This document shows, piece after piece, positions 1 to 13,620 of a stretch of 64,000 nucleotides of DNA (the stretch's first letter is position 1; each line of letters opens with the position of its first letter). This stretch comes from Syncephalis fuscata S228. Its lineage: Eukaryota > Fungi > Zoopagomycota. The notes beneath the pieces are model-generated. The model did not search any database and was not told the origin of the DNA. It saw only the letters and a program-made list of their open reading frames with translations. Location of the stretch: NCBI GenBank assembly GCA_025786725.1, contig JAHLTZ010000052.1, forward strand, positions 46,035 to 110,034, in the 5' to 3' direction. A program made the position numbers and the translations under genes.

Positions 1-1045
1 TGTTTGGTGTTCTGTTTAAGCTTTTCATTGAAAAGAGATTGTGTAAACGTCCATAAATTATCTTGTAGAGTTTCATCTTGTGCATAGCTACTGGGAGTTG
101 ATAGTTTGCCGTATGGAATAAAGTATTTGCCATTGTACCCTTTTTCCTTTACTTCATCCGACGTAGCAGCATAAAGCGAAGTCAACGCACCATTTGCCGA
201 TGACATAGAAAACAAACCATAAAACAATTTGTTTCCTTGGTTTACAATCCAGCCATGAGAATCTTCAACATTGCGACCAAGGTCAGAGCTGACTATTCCT
301 GGATGCACTGCGTTGACTAGGACTGTTGGACGGTCAGTGCCCTGTGAAACTTGTCTGGCAAATTGGCTAGAGGCTAGGATATTGGCCAATTTTGACTGGC
401 CGTAGCATCTCATCGATCCAAATGCTTTTTTGTCATTAATAGCCTCCAAAGTAAGACCAACACCGCCACTGTACGTATAATAATGTCCCATGCTAGCAGT
501 AAAAATGATGCGTGCAGGATCGTCAGCGGTGCCGCTATTAAGGATGGTTGGCAATAGGCGATGCGTAAATAGCGTTGGACCAACGTGGTTTACTCCAAAT
601 TGCGATTCAATCCCGTCTTCAGTCAACGAATAAGGCATTGCCATTATACCGGCATTATTGATAAGTATATGAATCTGTGATTCGGCAGCTATTAACTCCT
701 TCGCCGCAGCATCAACTTTAGCAAGACTGTTTAAATCCAAAGCTAGAAATCGAAGATCGGGTTCTGCTTTGTTTTCAGTACAGTTCTTTTTAATGTCCTC
801 TTTAATCTTCTCAATGGCCGTTTGTGCACGCTCTTCATTGCGGCAGGCAACATACACTCGGCTCCCATTCCTGGCTAGCTCCAAGGCAATATGGTAGCCA
901 ATACCCGTGTTGGCGCCAGTAACAACAGAGACCTATGGAATAACAAATAGATTAGAGAGTAGCCAAGAATAAATACACTAAACTATACCTTTCCCGTTAG
1001 GTCTGGAATCTTTTCAGTGGTATATTCTTTGCATAACCAACCCAT
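1..1045 (-). CDS. Short-chain dehydrogenase/reductase (retinol dehydrogenase/WWOX-like); 2 exons seen (1045-989, 932-<1), runs off the window
   Basis: Manual translation: MGWLCKEYTTEKIPDLTGK|VSVVTGANTGIGYHIALELARNG (TGxxxGIG), LINNAGIM, catalytic YGQSKLANIL, VNAVHPG; GT-AG intron at 988-933. Confidence 0.9.
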
Positions 1046-3034
1046 TGTAAAGATTTAATAAACTGTATTTAATTCAAGTGCTGCTAATCGAGAAAAATAG
1101 AAGTGATAACTAATAAATGCTTACGCTTAACTCGTCAAATAAGCAAGTATTTATACACGGCCAATTATGTGATTTAGGTTGACGTAGAAAACAGAAGAAA
1201 TACCGGGAGTGGAACAACTGAAAGAGCCGAAGCGTTTTACCCAGCAAGTTAAGCCAAGCTAGTTGAGTCATGGGCACCACCCTATTGAGTGGCCTAATCA
1301 AAGCCAAATTATTCTACGTGGAAATCATGTGCTCGTCGCTGTCGTTTTAACATTATTCCGATTCACGTGTGCGCAAGTAAAATAGGCGGTGTTTCAACAT
1401 AACCAGTTACAGCCTTTCTCATTGCATCACATTTTAAAAAACATTCTTATCTTAGCATGTAATCATTAGATGATTATAGCGTGCAAATTAAAATATTGGT
1501 TATTTTGGAGTTTAAATATTACCTAACTGAAATTCCCATTATACATCTAATTAGCTAGTAATAACTAATCATCATTTAATAATCCACCGTCGAAATTACA
1601 TCATATGAACACTGGCAATGTAAATTATTATTGTCATTACCATCATTATCAGAATATCAACACTATTATTGTATCCAATGAACAATTGGTATGTAAATTT
1701 GGCTATTTATTAAACAGATAAACATTATTTTATATCAAATCACAACATGCTTTGTTTATTTCTGAGACTACTTTTGCTAGTAAGTGTACGCTATCATACC
1801 TAAATATAACGACTTTAGCTATAAATAAAAACAGTAATTACATATGCATAATCAAGTTGTTTTTATAATAAAAATACAGTAAATAAGCATAATTTATTTT
1901 GTGTCAAATGCCAGAACAAATAAAATAATGAAGGCTTTTGACAGAAATTATAAAGGCGTCGTCATTAAATGGCAAGCATTACAAAACATGGCATATAAAT
2001 AAACAATGTAATTTGAAAGCAATGGCATGTAAAGTAAGATATCTAGCCATGGCCTATCAATAAATAATTTAGTTTGTATTATGGCAGAAGTATTATCACT
2101 TGCATTATCAGTAGCAGTATGTGTTTGTAATCAAGTGGAAAATGCTGCATTAAGTGCTGCTTCTACATCAAATCAAATTATAAATTAAATTTTGTTAGCT
2201 GGATTACTGAGGACTTTTTGGCAATCCAAAACAACTAGCCATTGCTTAGATAATACCATTTGAGCAGACTCATTAATCGCGCTAGTTTAGGCAAAAAATA
2301 AATGATTTACTATTTAAAATTGCAGCATACTATGTTCAAAGGCGGTACAGAATAATGGCACATAGCTATTTGCAACACATGCAGTATTATTATATATTTA
2401 GACATGTATTATTCAAGTATTTACATTGTTGAAATTAGTAACATGGATATAACAAAATACTATAATGTATTAACAACTAGCGCAATATTTTATTACTAAT
2501 GTTTCACTGCGATCAGTTATTATTAAGAATGAATGGATACATACAAGTATAGATAAATTAAAGATGATACAAAAACTTGATAAAATGCTACTGTGTCTTT
2601 GTTTTGGATACAAAAGAATCATAATTAATCAACTAATCAATTAATTTGGCTATCTTGTGAGCAAAGACATAGCAAAGTATCTTTATTATATCTTGGCTGG
2701 TCTGGTATAATTCTAGCACGTAGAAAGCATGTTATTTTAGTACTGGAGCAATATGACATGCGCTATACTACATTCGCTTTCAGCTGTCTGGTACCAATTA
2801 CATGACATGCCTTGACAAACATTTGCATGGCAATAAGACTAGACATGAACGGCTTTAACTAATGTCATGCCGTCAATGATTTGACTGAAGCCAGGCAAAA
2901 AAAGCATATTGATAGCACAAATAACTGCAATCATAGGATATAAATAAAGCTTATCATGCATTTCTATTGATATGTTGTAGGACGACTACAATTCAAAATC
3001 TTGTTAATAGTAATTGCTCATTGATTTCTTCAGC

Positions 3035-3238
3035 ATGGATTTATTGCATAGCAGCGTATTCTATATCTGCATCTTTGTTGGAGTTTTTGCTATAGTAACA
3101 CCAATGTTCATTTTTGGATGGTGCCGCAAGAAAAGAGTCCCACCCGACACTGCTTCAGAAAGAGCACGCACCGATTTTCAAGCTTGGTTGGCAGACAATA
3201 ATGCCGGAAACCGTCGTGAATCTCAGATTGCTGTGTAA
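3035..3238 (+). CDS. Possible small single-pass membrane protein
   Basis: Hydrophobic stretch VFYICIFVGVFAIVTPMFIFGWC followed by RKKR (positive-inside) and a coding-like tail; no recognised homologue. Confidence 0.35.
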   Translation: MDLLHSSVFYICIFVGVFAIVTPMFIFGWCRKKRVPPDTASERARTDFQAWLADNNAGNRRESQIAV

Positions 3239-3868
3239 ACGGCTGATGAGCGATGATATGCCATGTGTGTCTGTTATTATACCACAAATATAAATGCTTT
3301 CTTTTAATAAATAAGCGCGAATTATGCCCAAAAGAAGTCAAACTGCCATTTTAGTGTGTATAATCTATCTATAGATTTTTATCTGGATCCTCTAGCGTTT
3401 TATTGTCTACTGTACCCATATTTAAGCAAATCTATCTACAATCTGCGTAACTATATTTCAACTATGCCACAAACTCTTTTAACTGATTCATATACTACAA
3501 CCATTGGATATAACTAATACCAATATGGCGAATTATAAAAAACAATGACATACTACAATCACTGCTTTTTATTTGTTTTGATCATGCATTTTATTTCACA
3601 TTTGTCGATGCAACATTCATGATGTCAGGTGCAGTTAGACAAATAACTCATAATATAGTATTATACTAAACTCTGATTCTTTACGGATTTAAAAACCACA
3701 CTTATTCATCGACATGGCTTCTTGGCAAAAAGATGCATTTAATCAATCCAGAATTAATACCAAATCATTAATAAAAATAAAACAGAATTTGGTTGTTGCA
3801 AATGCTAAATATACAAAAAATGGGAAAACTAATGACACAATCGTTAAATATTTTGAAAAAAGTACATA

Positions 3869-4164
3869 GATTATAGAAAATCCAATTCATGGCCAATATA
3901 TGTAACACTCTACCATGTGCTTGCTGGTAGATTTCCATACAATGATCTACTAAAGGCAATTTTGATTATAGTACGCTTGGTTCTATACTTAAAGAACTTG
4001 AAAGCCAAGAACTATGTGCGCTGCCACCAATATCAGAAGATGCAAAGACACTTAAGACATTGCTGTCATTAATAGAAATAATAAACAATATAGCGGTTTC
4101 TGACCCATCAAAAAGACCAACTTTCGAGAAATATTTGCAGTATGCCAGAGTAAAGATGGCATGA
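3869..4164 (+). pseudogene. Decayed protein kinase, C-lobe remnant
   Basis: DYRKSNSWPIYVTLYHVLAGRFPY (subdomain IX-like), a frameshift near 3950-3960, then IINNIAVSDPSKRPTFEKYL* (subdomain XI); no intact N-lobe upstream. Confidence 0.6.
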
Positions 4165-4432
4165 CTAATAAGTTGGGAAAGAGATCGAATAAACGCCCAG
4201 TTAAAATACATGATTCTATAAATGATACAGCAATAAAAACGCTATTTTTTATATAATCATTATTTATTATTGTGTAAATAATATCAAATACGAGTCATTA
4301 AGTATATCGTATAAAAGATTTAACAGGTTGGTAGCATTTGCACTAATTCGCCTATGCATTTAAGCAACCTGAATATCTAGATGGCCAACTGCGCTTTTAC
4401 TAAAGCACAGCAATGATTGGGCATTATTAGAT

Positions 4433-4939
4433 TTAAATAGAAATGCTGACACTTTTTTGAGCAGAAGTAAGACGAGAGCCGATGTTAATATCGGCACAGT
4501 TTTCGTAGTGCTCAATTTTGCCTGGGCCCAAATGAGCGGCATTCCACACCCAGCGAATGACCTTGCGACCGCTAATACCAGCTGGAATGTTGACGGTCCA
4601 TGGGCCAACCTTGCCTGGAGCAGCACAGTTGTTCTTTTGGGCAATACGACGGGCATTGCCGAGATTAGTGTCTAAGATATAGACCTCGCACATACCGATA
4701 TGTGGAGCAGTGATGGTAAAACCGAGCGTAACGCTGCGGCCCACGTTGGTGACTCGGCCAGCCGGCTCACCACGACAAACGCCTCGAGTGTTGGGATTTT
4801 TCAAATCGTCAATTCTGGTTGATGCTTTTTCGATAGCACGCGGAGTTGGGCTGGACATGTAGCCATGGGCAGCAACATCCGAGATTGCAGAGAGTGCCAC
4901 AATGGCAAACAGGCAGAGAGTGGCACCAATGCGAACCAT
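4433..4939 (-). CDS. Secreted copper-binding LPMO-like protein (His-brace), intronless
   Basis: Signal peptide ending VAA, mature N-terminus HGYMSSPTPR, second His in TITAPHIG, C-terminal WVWNAAH...IEHYENCADI; GC above background. Confidence 0.8.
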   Translation of the reverse strand: MVRIGATLCLFAIVALSAISDVAAHGYMSSPTPRAIEKASTRIDDLKNPNTRGVCRGEPAGRVTNVGRSVTLGFTITAPHIGMCEVYILDTNLGNARRIAQKNNCAAPGKVGPWTVNIPAGISGRKVIRWVWNAAHLGPGKIEHYENCADINIGSRLTSAQKSVSISI

Positions 4940-6254
4940 TTTAATAGCTGACTAGAGGGAAATAGCAGTAGTTTGTAGGGCGACGAATTAGCTGATAGGA
5001 ATAAAAAGATTAAGTTAGTGTTGCTTTCGAGTGTTTTTTGAATCAATCAATATCGATAGCAGAAGAAGTGTTTAAAATCGTTAGACTACTTGAGTGTTAA
5101 TAGCTGAGTAATGAGCGTATGAATGTTATGCGGAACTAGAGAGAAGTATTTTATGACTTTATTTATAGCTTTCCAAGTCCATATAGACATGGCCTTAAGA
5201 TACATTAATAATCCTGCAGCATCAGTAAATAATTGCTCCTGTAGCATAGGCTGTAGAATAGATACATATTACAGTAGTAGCACAAATGGACAATGATGTG
5301 GCTGCTTTTCGTTAGAATACACCAACCGACTCCCGTTCCATCTTGCGACTCCTCTGCAGAAAAGCCGTCGTATTCACTCAGTGGATTTGTAAAACACAAA
5401 ATAGTAAAATGTTTATTCATTTAAGCCTTAACTAGGTAAAACAGCCATTATCCAACCTTGTAAATGGCTTTTAGAGTACTGAGAATAACAAATGGCGTGA
5501 TATGTAAATGTTACATTGATACTATTATGTGGCTGTGGCCAAGGATTTTCATAAAGTGCAGATTCTGATGCAATATGATAATTGTCAAGTTTTTGTGTCT
5601 ATGTTAAGACAGCACGGTACTCCAAGGCCTATATGTTAAAATAAAACTACTGCAACCAGCTTGTTGTATATAATTTGTTCATATTTTACTTACTAGTGTA
5701 TTTTATTTCTATTAAAATACAGGCTAAAAATAAAAAAGCATAAGCACCATTCGAGTATATACTTTTATCCATTATTTTGCTTAGTATTTCAGCTAAATTA
5801 AGCTTTTACTGGACATTGTATTAATTGCTCATATTTGTGTTACAGTGTATTTAAAAAACTGAAAAATATGCCTGTGTAGCTTATAACTTGTTGACGGTAC
5901 ACGGCCCTCAACGGTATTGTTTCCATCACTCGAGGACCATATGTTGGCCCATGATCTCAATAAGCGTATTATTATGGTTTCTTAGTACTACCAAGCCTTG
6001 TGGTTTAATTTGCCCCTTCTACAGCGTTGCACTATATCGGTTCATCTATTTAGCTAATTTTGTAGCCATTAGCCAGTTGAACGTGAACGATTATAATAAA
6101 AGCCAATAATAATAATGGATAGTATTATTGTATTAATACAATTCATAGTATTGCGTTAAGTATCCAAGTTTAGCTACAAGTACCTTTATTACAATTGCTT
6201 GCTTGCTTAAAAGTATAATTAGTAATAATGGTAACACATCTCAAAGTTAAATAG

Positions 6255-6625
6255 GCTGGTATTGCAGCGCTGTAGGATGATTCAATGCACGGTTAACTGA
6301 AACAGGTCCAAATGCTGGTCACTTGCTCAGCCAATGTCTATTCCCGTAACATGGTTTTACGTCGACCAAATAATGGGCAGGACCATGTCATCTGTTCGCA
6401 GGATATCCAATCAGAATGTGACCTCTAATGCCGCCTCTTCGATAGGCTATGCTGCCGTCGCAGTCATTATTAAAACAGCCATTTCGAATATTCGATCAAT
6501 ACACAAATATATTGCGGAGAAGGATATAGGCCAAATGTGTAGCACCTGGTGATCTACAGCAATTGACAGTATGTTCAAACATATCCGAGTTAATACAGTC
6601 TCAGTCTGTACAACTTTTAGACAAG
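6255..6625. pseudogene. Two degenerate, oppositely oriented copies of a distal COG2 exon
   Basis: 6372-6625 (+) MGRTMSSVRRISNQNVTSNA matches 7442-7185 (-) MGRTMSPVRRIPSRNATSSA; 6255-6360 (-) gaccagcatttggacctgtttcagttaaccgtgcat matches ggccagctggtggacttgctacagctgaccgtgcgt; both carry stops or frameshifts. Confidence 0.7.
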
Positions 6626-7089
6626 TGACTATCCTTATTAGCTATATGCTTAACTAAATAGCTAGTTAAGTATAGTAAAAACTCGTTTAATATACTCGCT
6701 ATTATACTAACGATATATTCTATGATAATAACTCTATTGTATTAACACTTTATTATGCACATTATTTACTGATTAATGCGTTCTATTATAACAGTTCTTG
6801 GTGTTAAATAATCATTTATTTTTCATACTACATTCATTGATTTATTACTAATATTTTATCTCAAGTTTTTATACATACTGCTTGTCAAACATATAGCTTA
6901 AAATCTATACTGCTAGTCTTTTTTCTTCTCCTTCACACTCGGCGGCAATGAATAAATGAAAATAAACAAAAGTTATTTGATATCAAAACCGTTATCATAA
7001 TATGTATCATTGGTTATTATTAGTAGTCCACTAGTAGCAAAATGGTAGTTTATTAAAAGTGCAATTGTTTGTCTGGCTTACAATCCAGA

Positions 7090-9528
7090 CTATTGGCGTT
7101 CAGTATCCAAATCTAATTGGTATACTCTAGCCATAAGGGCCTCTTTATAAAACTAATTAGTTAGTTATATAATTATAATGGCAATTACCTACCCAAAAAC
7201 TGTACAGCTTGAGACTGTAGTGACTCTGGTATGGCTGGACGCACGGTCAGCTGTAGCAAGTCCACCAGCTGGCCACGCACCCAGTCTATATCCATCTCCG
7301 TAACTTGTTTACGCACCGACTGAACATCCGAAATAAACGTCTCAGTGGTGGCTACACCGGCAACAGAAACTGCTGGAGAGGTAGCACTGGATGTCGCATT
7401 TCGGCTGGGTATCCGACGGACAGGTGACATGGTTCTGCCCATTATTTTGATTTGCTATTAAGTCTCGTCAGCAGATATCATCTCATACTTTTAGTTACCT
7501 TTTCGTTTTCTATTGTGGTACGAATAGAGGCCTCCGAACACCACTCAAGAAGCCAGGCACCATAACGCAGCATTAACTAGCAATAGTTTAATCTTAATCT
7601 AATAGAAGGCTAATTGTATACAGCATAATAAATACCTGACAAGATAGCTTCCAAAAACGTGCCATTAACGGCGGTAGATTTACTCGATTTGACCAGCATA
7701 GCTCAATCAAAGTTAGCGTGGCAGAAGTAACAGGTAGTATAGGTTTATCATTTTTATCGTATGCCGTATTAGATATATTCATTTGATTACTCTTCAAAAT
7801 TGCTGTCTCCAACATTTCTGTTATTTCATTAAATCTAATCATCGTACTATCCATTAGTAATTGCTTGTATATATTCTAAAGCGTTTTTGTTCTTTACCTG
7901 GCCTCGAAATACTGATCCAACGGCCAATGGCGAATAAGACTGCGCAATGCATTCGCAGCAGTAGAATCTTTTATACATTTAATCCGACTGGATGTATCGG
8001 CCCGTTTCAATAGCCATTGTTGAACTAGTTGATAATGCTAATATTCTACAGTTAAATAAATCAGATCTATATTTAATTATATAAACTACCTCTGAAAATC
8101 GATCCAAATCTTCTAAGCTAAAAAGGAATGGCATTTTCTCTTGTATACCACGTAGAAATTGTGGCCACATCACTTGTGGCAATAATTGTGGATCCTCGTC
8201 TATTATTGGTGTTAACTGATCTAAAAGTGCTTCATAAGCTTCGTCTAACAGCACTGGCAATGGATGTTCGCCCTTCTTTAATGTAGCAACCCGTTTTTCT
8301 GCATAGGATTTTAATGACAAACGCTGGTATCTAATAAGTAACTTTTTGAAATAACTATCATATAGCATCATTTATTACCGTGGATAAATAAGGTGCCAAG
8401 TATTCGGATATCAACAATGTATGGGCTATTGATGATTTGCCTATTTGTTTAAATATTTGATAATACAATATCAATACATCCCATGCTGCCACATGATCTA
8501 CAGACTTGCTATGTTGTACATTGTTTGAAGTATAAATGGTTCGCAGTCCTGATCTTAGTTTTTGAATAATGCTATCACTCAAATTATTTTGTATTTTGAT
8601 CAATCGCTTTATCATAAATATATAAGTAATGCACAGTTTATTATAATCACCATTTTGCCTACCTCGTTCATTTGATCGGCTATAGCATATCCCACTAATG
8701 CTTTACATGTTTGCGATATGTGTTCGTATAGATTGGATGCCCGTTCCAGTGATGTTTCCTGTAAAATAGCATCGCTATACAATATTAATTAGCTTTTTGT
8801 AAAATATGCCACTTTTAAATCTTACACATCATCCGTGCTATTTAGTGATGCCACCTGCTGAACTACCGTTTCGAGCTGATCATATCGTGTGATAGAGTTA
8901 TTAATTGGTTAAGGCGTGTCTATATATCATCCACTGTCATTAAATAAATTTAAACGCTTGTTAAATGATTGCTTACTGATACCAGCTGTTGCTGTCGAAA
9001 TGCTTCCTCTGTACGTTTCCAATTAGTATGAGCACCTTTGATCTGAGCCCGTATATTCTGCCAATAGTAATAGCGACAGAAGCGACAATAACTATCAATC
9101 TACCTAGCCATTTTTGTGCCCTCTATTACTTACCCCTAGACGTTTTTTAATATGCACCGATACTTCTTCCACATCCTGAACTTGAGTTGGAAGGTGTTCT
9201 ACCACGTTAGGAATACGTACAAACTGTTCACAATCCGCGACAATAGTATCGAGTCGACGTTCAACAATATACTCTTCCAGCTTCTCTAATTCGCCGCGTA
9301 GTTCTTCTAAAGAGTGGCGTGGCCGTTGCTTCAAAAAACTTTCAAATTCAAACATAGCAACGAATCTTTAACAGGTAAATGTAATTTCAAGTGACTTGAA
9401 TCTAACAACAAGGGAGCTGGTTTTTCTCGACGTGTCGCAATCTGGTTGCTAACACGAGCATGGTCATTGTCTGTATTGCTAGACGATGAATAACGATTTA
9501 CAGATTGCTTTGACCAATATTCATCCAT
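7090..9528 (-). CDS. COG2: Conserved oligomeric Golgi complex subunit 2-like; multi-exon, with apparent frameshifts and possibly C-terminally truncated
   Basis: N-terminal FEFESFLKQRPRHSLEELRGEL; IRFNEI..LE and CWSNRVNLPPLMARFWKLSCQ resemble conserved COG2 blocks; introns visible. Confidence 0.65.
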
Positions 9529-12500
9529 AACAGTTAATATGACTAAATGAGAGAATTATGGTAACGTCATTAGTATTAAAAAATGGCACTTATGTATCAT
9601 AGATTTATTATCCAATACACACATATTCTCTATTTATCTATATCATTCCTACCGCATGCTCATACTATCCTATATCAGTTATAATACACTGGCTACGCCA
9701 TATTTTATAGGTTTCAAACAAATATAGACCGATGAGTGGAATGAGTTGAAATTAGGTACAGGTTGTTGAGAATAGAACTAGAAATAAACAAACTACAGTT
9801 GCGAGTAAACATCAAATAGTAGTTAGTAGAATGGATATTCAATGGAAAGAGTATAAACAACGTTGATATAGCTGTAGTACATGGAGCGCAATGAGTAGAT
9901 TGCGTAAAGTACATTGCAACATATAGCAAATATAGATGCTGTTATTACTGTTTATTGAAGCATGCTCATTACTAACCAACTATCTATCTTTAATAAACAT
10001 GTAATTTACTATATTTGAGTACAGTATGGCAAAAGTAACAGTGTACAGCGATAGTAGTGTTAGCTAGTTTATGCATGCTAGATTACTATGCATAAGCAAT
10101 AGGTAGCGGAAGCTGTAACACTATGACTTGTTTTGTTAAATAAAGTCAGCCATGTTATGCTTATTTTCTAAAGTCTTTTGTCACTTTTTACTTAATCGTG
10201 CTATCATGTATTTCTATTGTATTTGATTATTCTATTTTCAATTGCTATAAATTATACATGACATATTTAAATTTGTTCTAAACTGTTTATCAAAATAACT
10301 ATGAGATACAGTTTATTTGTTTTTTGCACATATAACAGTTCTGAGGCATGATGATCAGATTTTTTGGGCTACCATCTGGATCGCGCATAAACATTTGGGC
10401 GACAATGTTAGTAGAGTCGTATGAGTAAGCTATTCCTACGCGTAGCTGTCGGAGATCAAATCTGGTTAAAGACACCGACGAGTTAAGAATAAGCCCCACC
10501 AGCACAAATCGCCTTTTTCGTATAATAAAAAATTCAAGTTACAATAAAGTAGTCTAATACGAAAAAGACGATGCAGCAAGGCTGGTGGGCCTTGTTCTTA
10601 AGATAATCGGGAGAGACAGATTTGCCAACTGGCAGCATAAGGAAAGCTTACAAGTACAGCTCTACAAAGCATTGTCGCCCTTTTTTAAAAATGCAAAAAC
10701 AATTGTCATGTCTATGTTATTTTATATTTTGCATGATATTTTGCTTAATATTAATATGCTAATACACTTCACTGGTAGCATGCCACGTCATTTAATACAT
10801 TTACTTGCACTATTGTTAATTAAACAGTAGTATATTAATTATTGTGTATTGCTGAAGTATTTATCGGTGTGGCTATAGTTATATTGTGCCGACCAATAAA
10901 CGTCCACCAATCAAGTAGCTGATGATAGTATTATCAACACGCAACATACCTCAGTATCGAAATAGCCGATCAGTTATTCCTTAATAAAATACCAATTTCT
11001 ATTCTTACTTTCGTTTACTGTGTTGAAAGATGATTGTTAGAATGAGCAGTGTGTTTATAAATTACGCTGCCCCAACGACTATATAAATAACCTATTTTGG
11101 TATCAAGGCTATAATAATATCGTCTTTTTTTATTATTTCATCACTTAACACAATAGCTGTACTCTTGGTTTTTCAATTGCTACTGAAAACATAAGAGTAG
11201 CTGTCTGCTACTACGGTGCTACCTAAGTACGCGTTACAAGTGCAGCTGACTAATCATTCATATAGCTTCCACACCTACACCATCTTTTTCTCTGCCCTTA
11301 AAGTGTTGCAGCCGTATACAGTAGCAAATAATAAACTGTCTATCATGCTTCAAAGGCAACTGTTGCTATACAAGAGCAGATAAACCTTACTATATAACTT
11401 ATTTTGATACGCACTACTTTTTAATTAACAGATACTATTTTTATTTATGTATAAAGCAGCTTCTATTGTCACTATTTTATTTGTAGTAGCAATATTCTAG
11501 TATATCCAACCGTATTGTATAGCTAATCGTTTAGTTATTTACGTATTTATTTATACTTGCTTAGTTATATACGATACATTTGCCCATGCACTATACATAA
11601 CTATTTATTTATATAGTACTACTGTTTTATTATGTCGTACAGCTCAATTGTATATATAGCTGCGTAATGTAGCCATTTACCATTTTATTCGCCTATGTAA
11701 TAATTTATCGATACAATCATTTTGTTGTGTTATATATAGTTGTCCAATTACATCGTATATATTTGAGTTTCTTTATTTTTACCTGTATTTTATTAACAAA
11801 ATAGTGTAATTTAAAGGCTAAATGATTACATTCGATATCATTTGCGTAGTTAAACTACACATTTGTACTATTGAACATGGCACTGGGTAGTGAGCGACAG
11901 CAGTCAGTAAAATACTCATCATCATAGATTCATTATCCAGTACGCATATAGCATTTATTCATATAAATTATCCCCATTATATACCCCATACTATCATAGA
12001 TCATTTTATTAATGCTGGAAGCCTTTTAATTTTTATTTGTTCTAATAAGTTTTGTACATTTCACTTGTTGAATTATATACACAATAAATTCAACGCCAAT
12101 TATCACACTTTTTCAACTGTATGCTCACTATGTTGTATATCGTTTTATATTTGCATAGCTTTGTTTGGCCCAAAGCTGTTTTCCTCTTATTCTGGTTATA
12201 TTCCTAATAAAATTGTATATATTTATACATTTTTATTGATTTGTTCTATGCAAGCTACGGGTTGTTCAGAACCGTTGTTCGTTTAATTATAGCCATATTA
12301 TTAATAAATAGCAACCTATTGAACCCATTAAAATATATGTACTTAAAAGCTATAGCAAGTAAAATGTATTTGATAAGCGTGAAATAATATATAATAATAT
12401 AAAGATATAATGGTACTTATATCAATTTATAAAGTATGTGTGTGTGCAGGGCAATGTTAATAATGATAAGTATATGGTTATTATTTCAATGGTGCCATTT

Positions 12501-13267
12501 ACCACCCGGCTTAATATTTAATAAAATAAACGTTTAGTTCAAATTGCGCAAATGTTATTAGTTTTAGCCATTTGACCACCAAAGCCATATTAGACTGTTA
12601 ATAGACTGTTTAATATTAGCGTAATAATAACAGTGTAATAAATAAAACAAGAACTGAATTGCTGCTACTACTGTCAAAGTGATTGGTGTTACGCATTTGT
12701 ATTGAGCATAATTTATTTGATAAGCTGATAGCTGCAAAAAAAATTTTAATTGGTAAGAATCAAGGACTTGATAAAGTATCAAAAGTTTACAATAAACGAT
12801 AGTATATATTTATAAATAATATTCCATTTAAGTATAAAAATAATATTCTTTATTCAACATGAGAATTTGTAGCAGTATCTACTAGATTAGTCCGTATCAG
12901 TACAGCATAATATAGGCCATTGGAATATATATGCTACAATCCAAATAAAAAACTCTAATAGACCAATAAAGCGCTTGTTTTGCTAACGATTTGCTAATCT
13001 TGCTTAGTGCGCTTTATTTCGTCCCATTAGTCGAAGTCGTCAAATGTTGTTCACTTAATGATAACCAACAATCGGTGATCAGTAAGAAATCTTTGTCAAG
13101 TAGTGCTTGCTCACTTTGTAATGATTCTAATTCAAAGATTACTAGGTTCGATTATTGTTGTACATCAAATCTTGATATAACAAATGACAACCACAGAATT
13201 ACCGGCGACGACTTATAAGAAGGACTATAATGAAAGCTGCTTATAAAACTAGATTTCTATTAAAAAG

Positions 13268-13620
13268 CTCTTCAAGTCAAAGCCAAGATTGGCGCTAACA
13301 GCGATTCATTGGTAAAAAACACCTTTGAGACGAAGCCATGAGCAGCGCTGGCAACAATTCTTAAAAGGAAGTCTAATGAAATAACTCATAAAATAAGTAC
13401 CCATTAGGTAAATCCTTTGAATCAAAGCCAGAAACCGTATCGACAACAGCTCATGGATAAAAACCTAAGAAAATATGTTCATAAAAATGGACTTTCAGTA
13501 GGAAAACCTTTTGAGTCGAAGCCGGTACGGCGCTGGCAACAACTCATAGGAGAAATTCTAGTGAAAAACTCATAAAAATAAGCGTTCACTAAAAAATCTC
13601 CTTGAGTTAAAGCTATTAAA
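13268..13620 (+). repeat. Degenerate ~92-bp tandem repeat (about 4 copies), followed by a GC-rich GGCTCC-iterated segment
   Basis: cctttga(g/a)(a/t)c(g/a)aagcc...caaca...cataaaa recurs near 13322, 13414 and 13507, with partial copies near 13268 and 13600. Confidence 0.65.

Noticed and set aside
10299-10830. Two divergent short ORFs in a slightly GC-richer patch
   Set aside because: No recognisable motif or splice structure; could be a relic but cannot be supported
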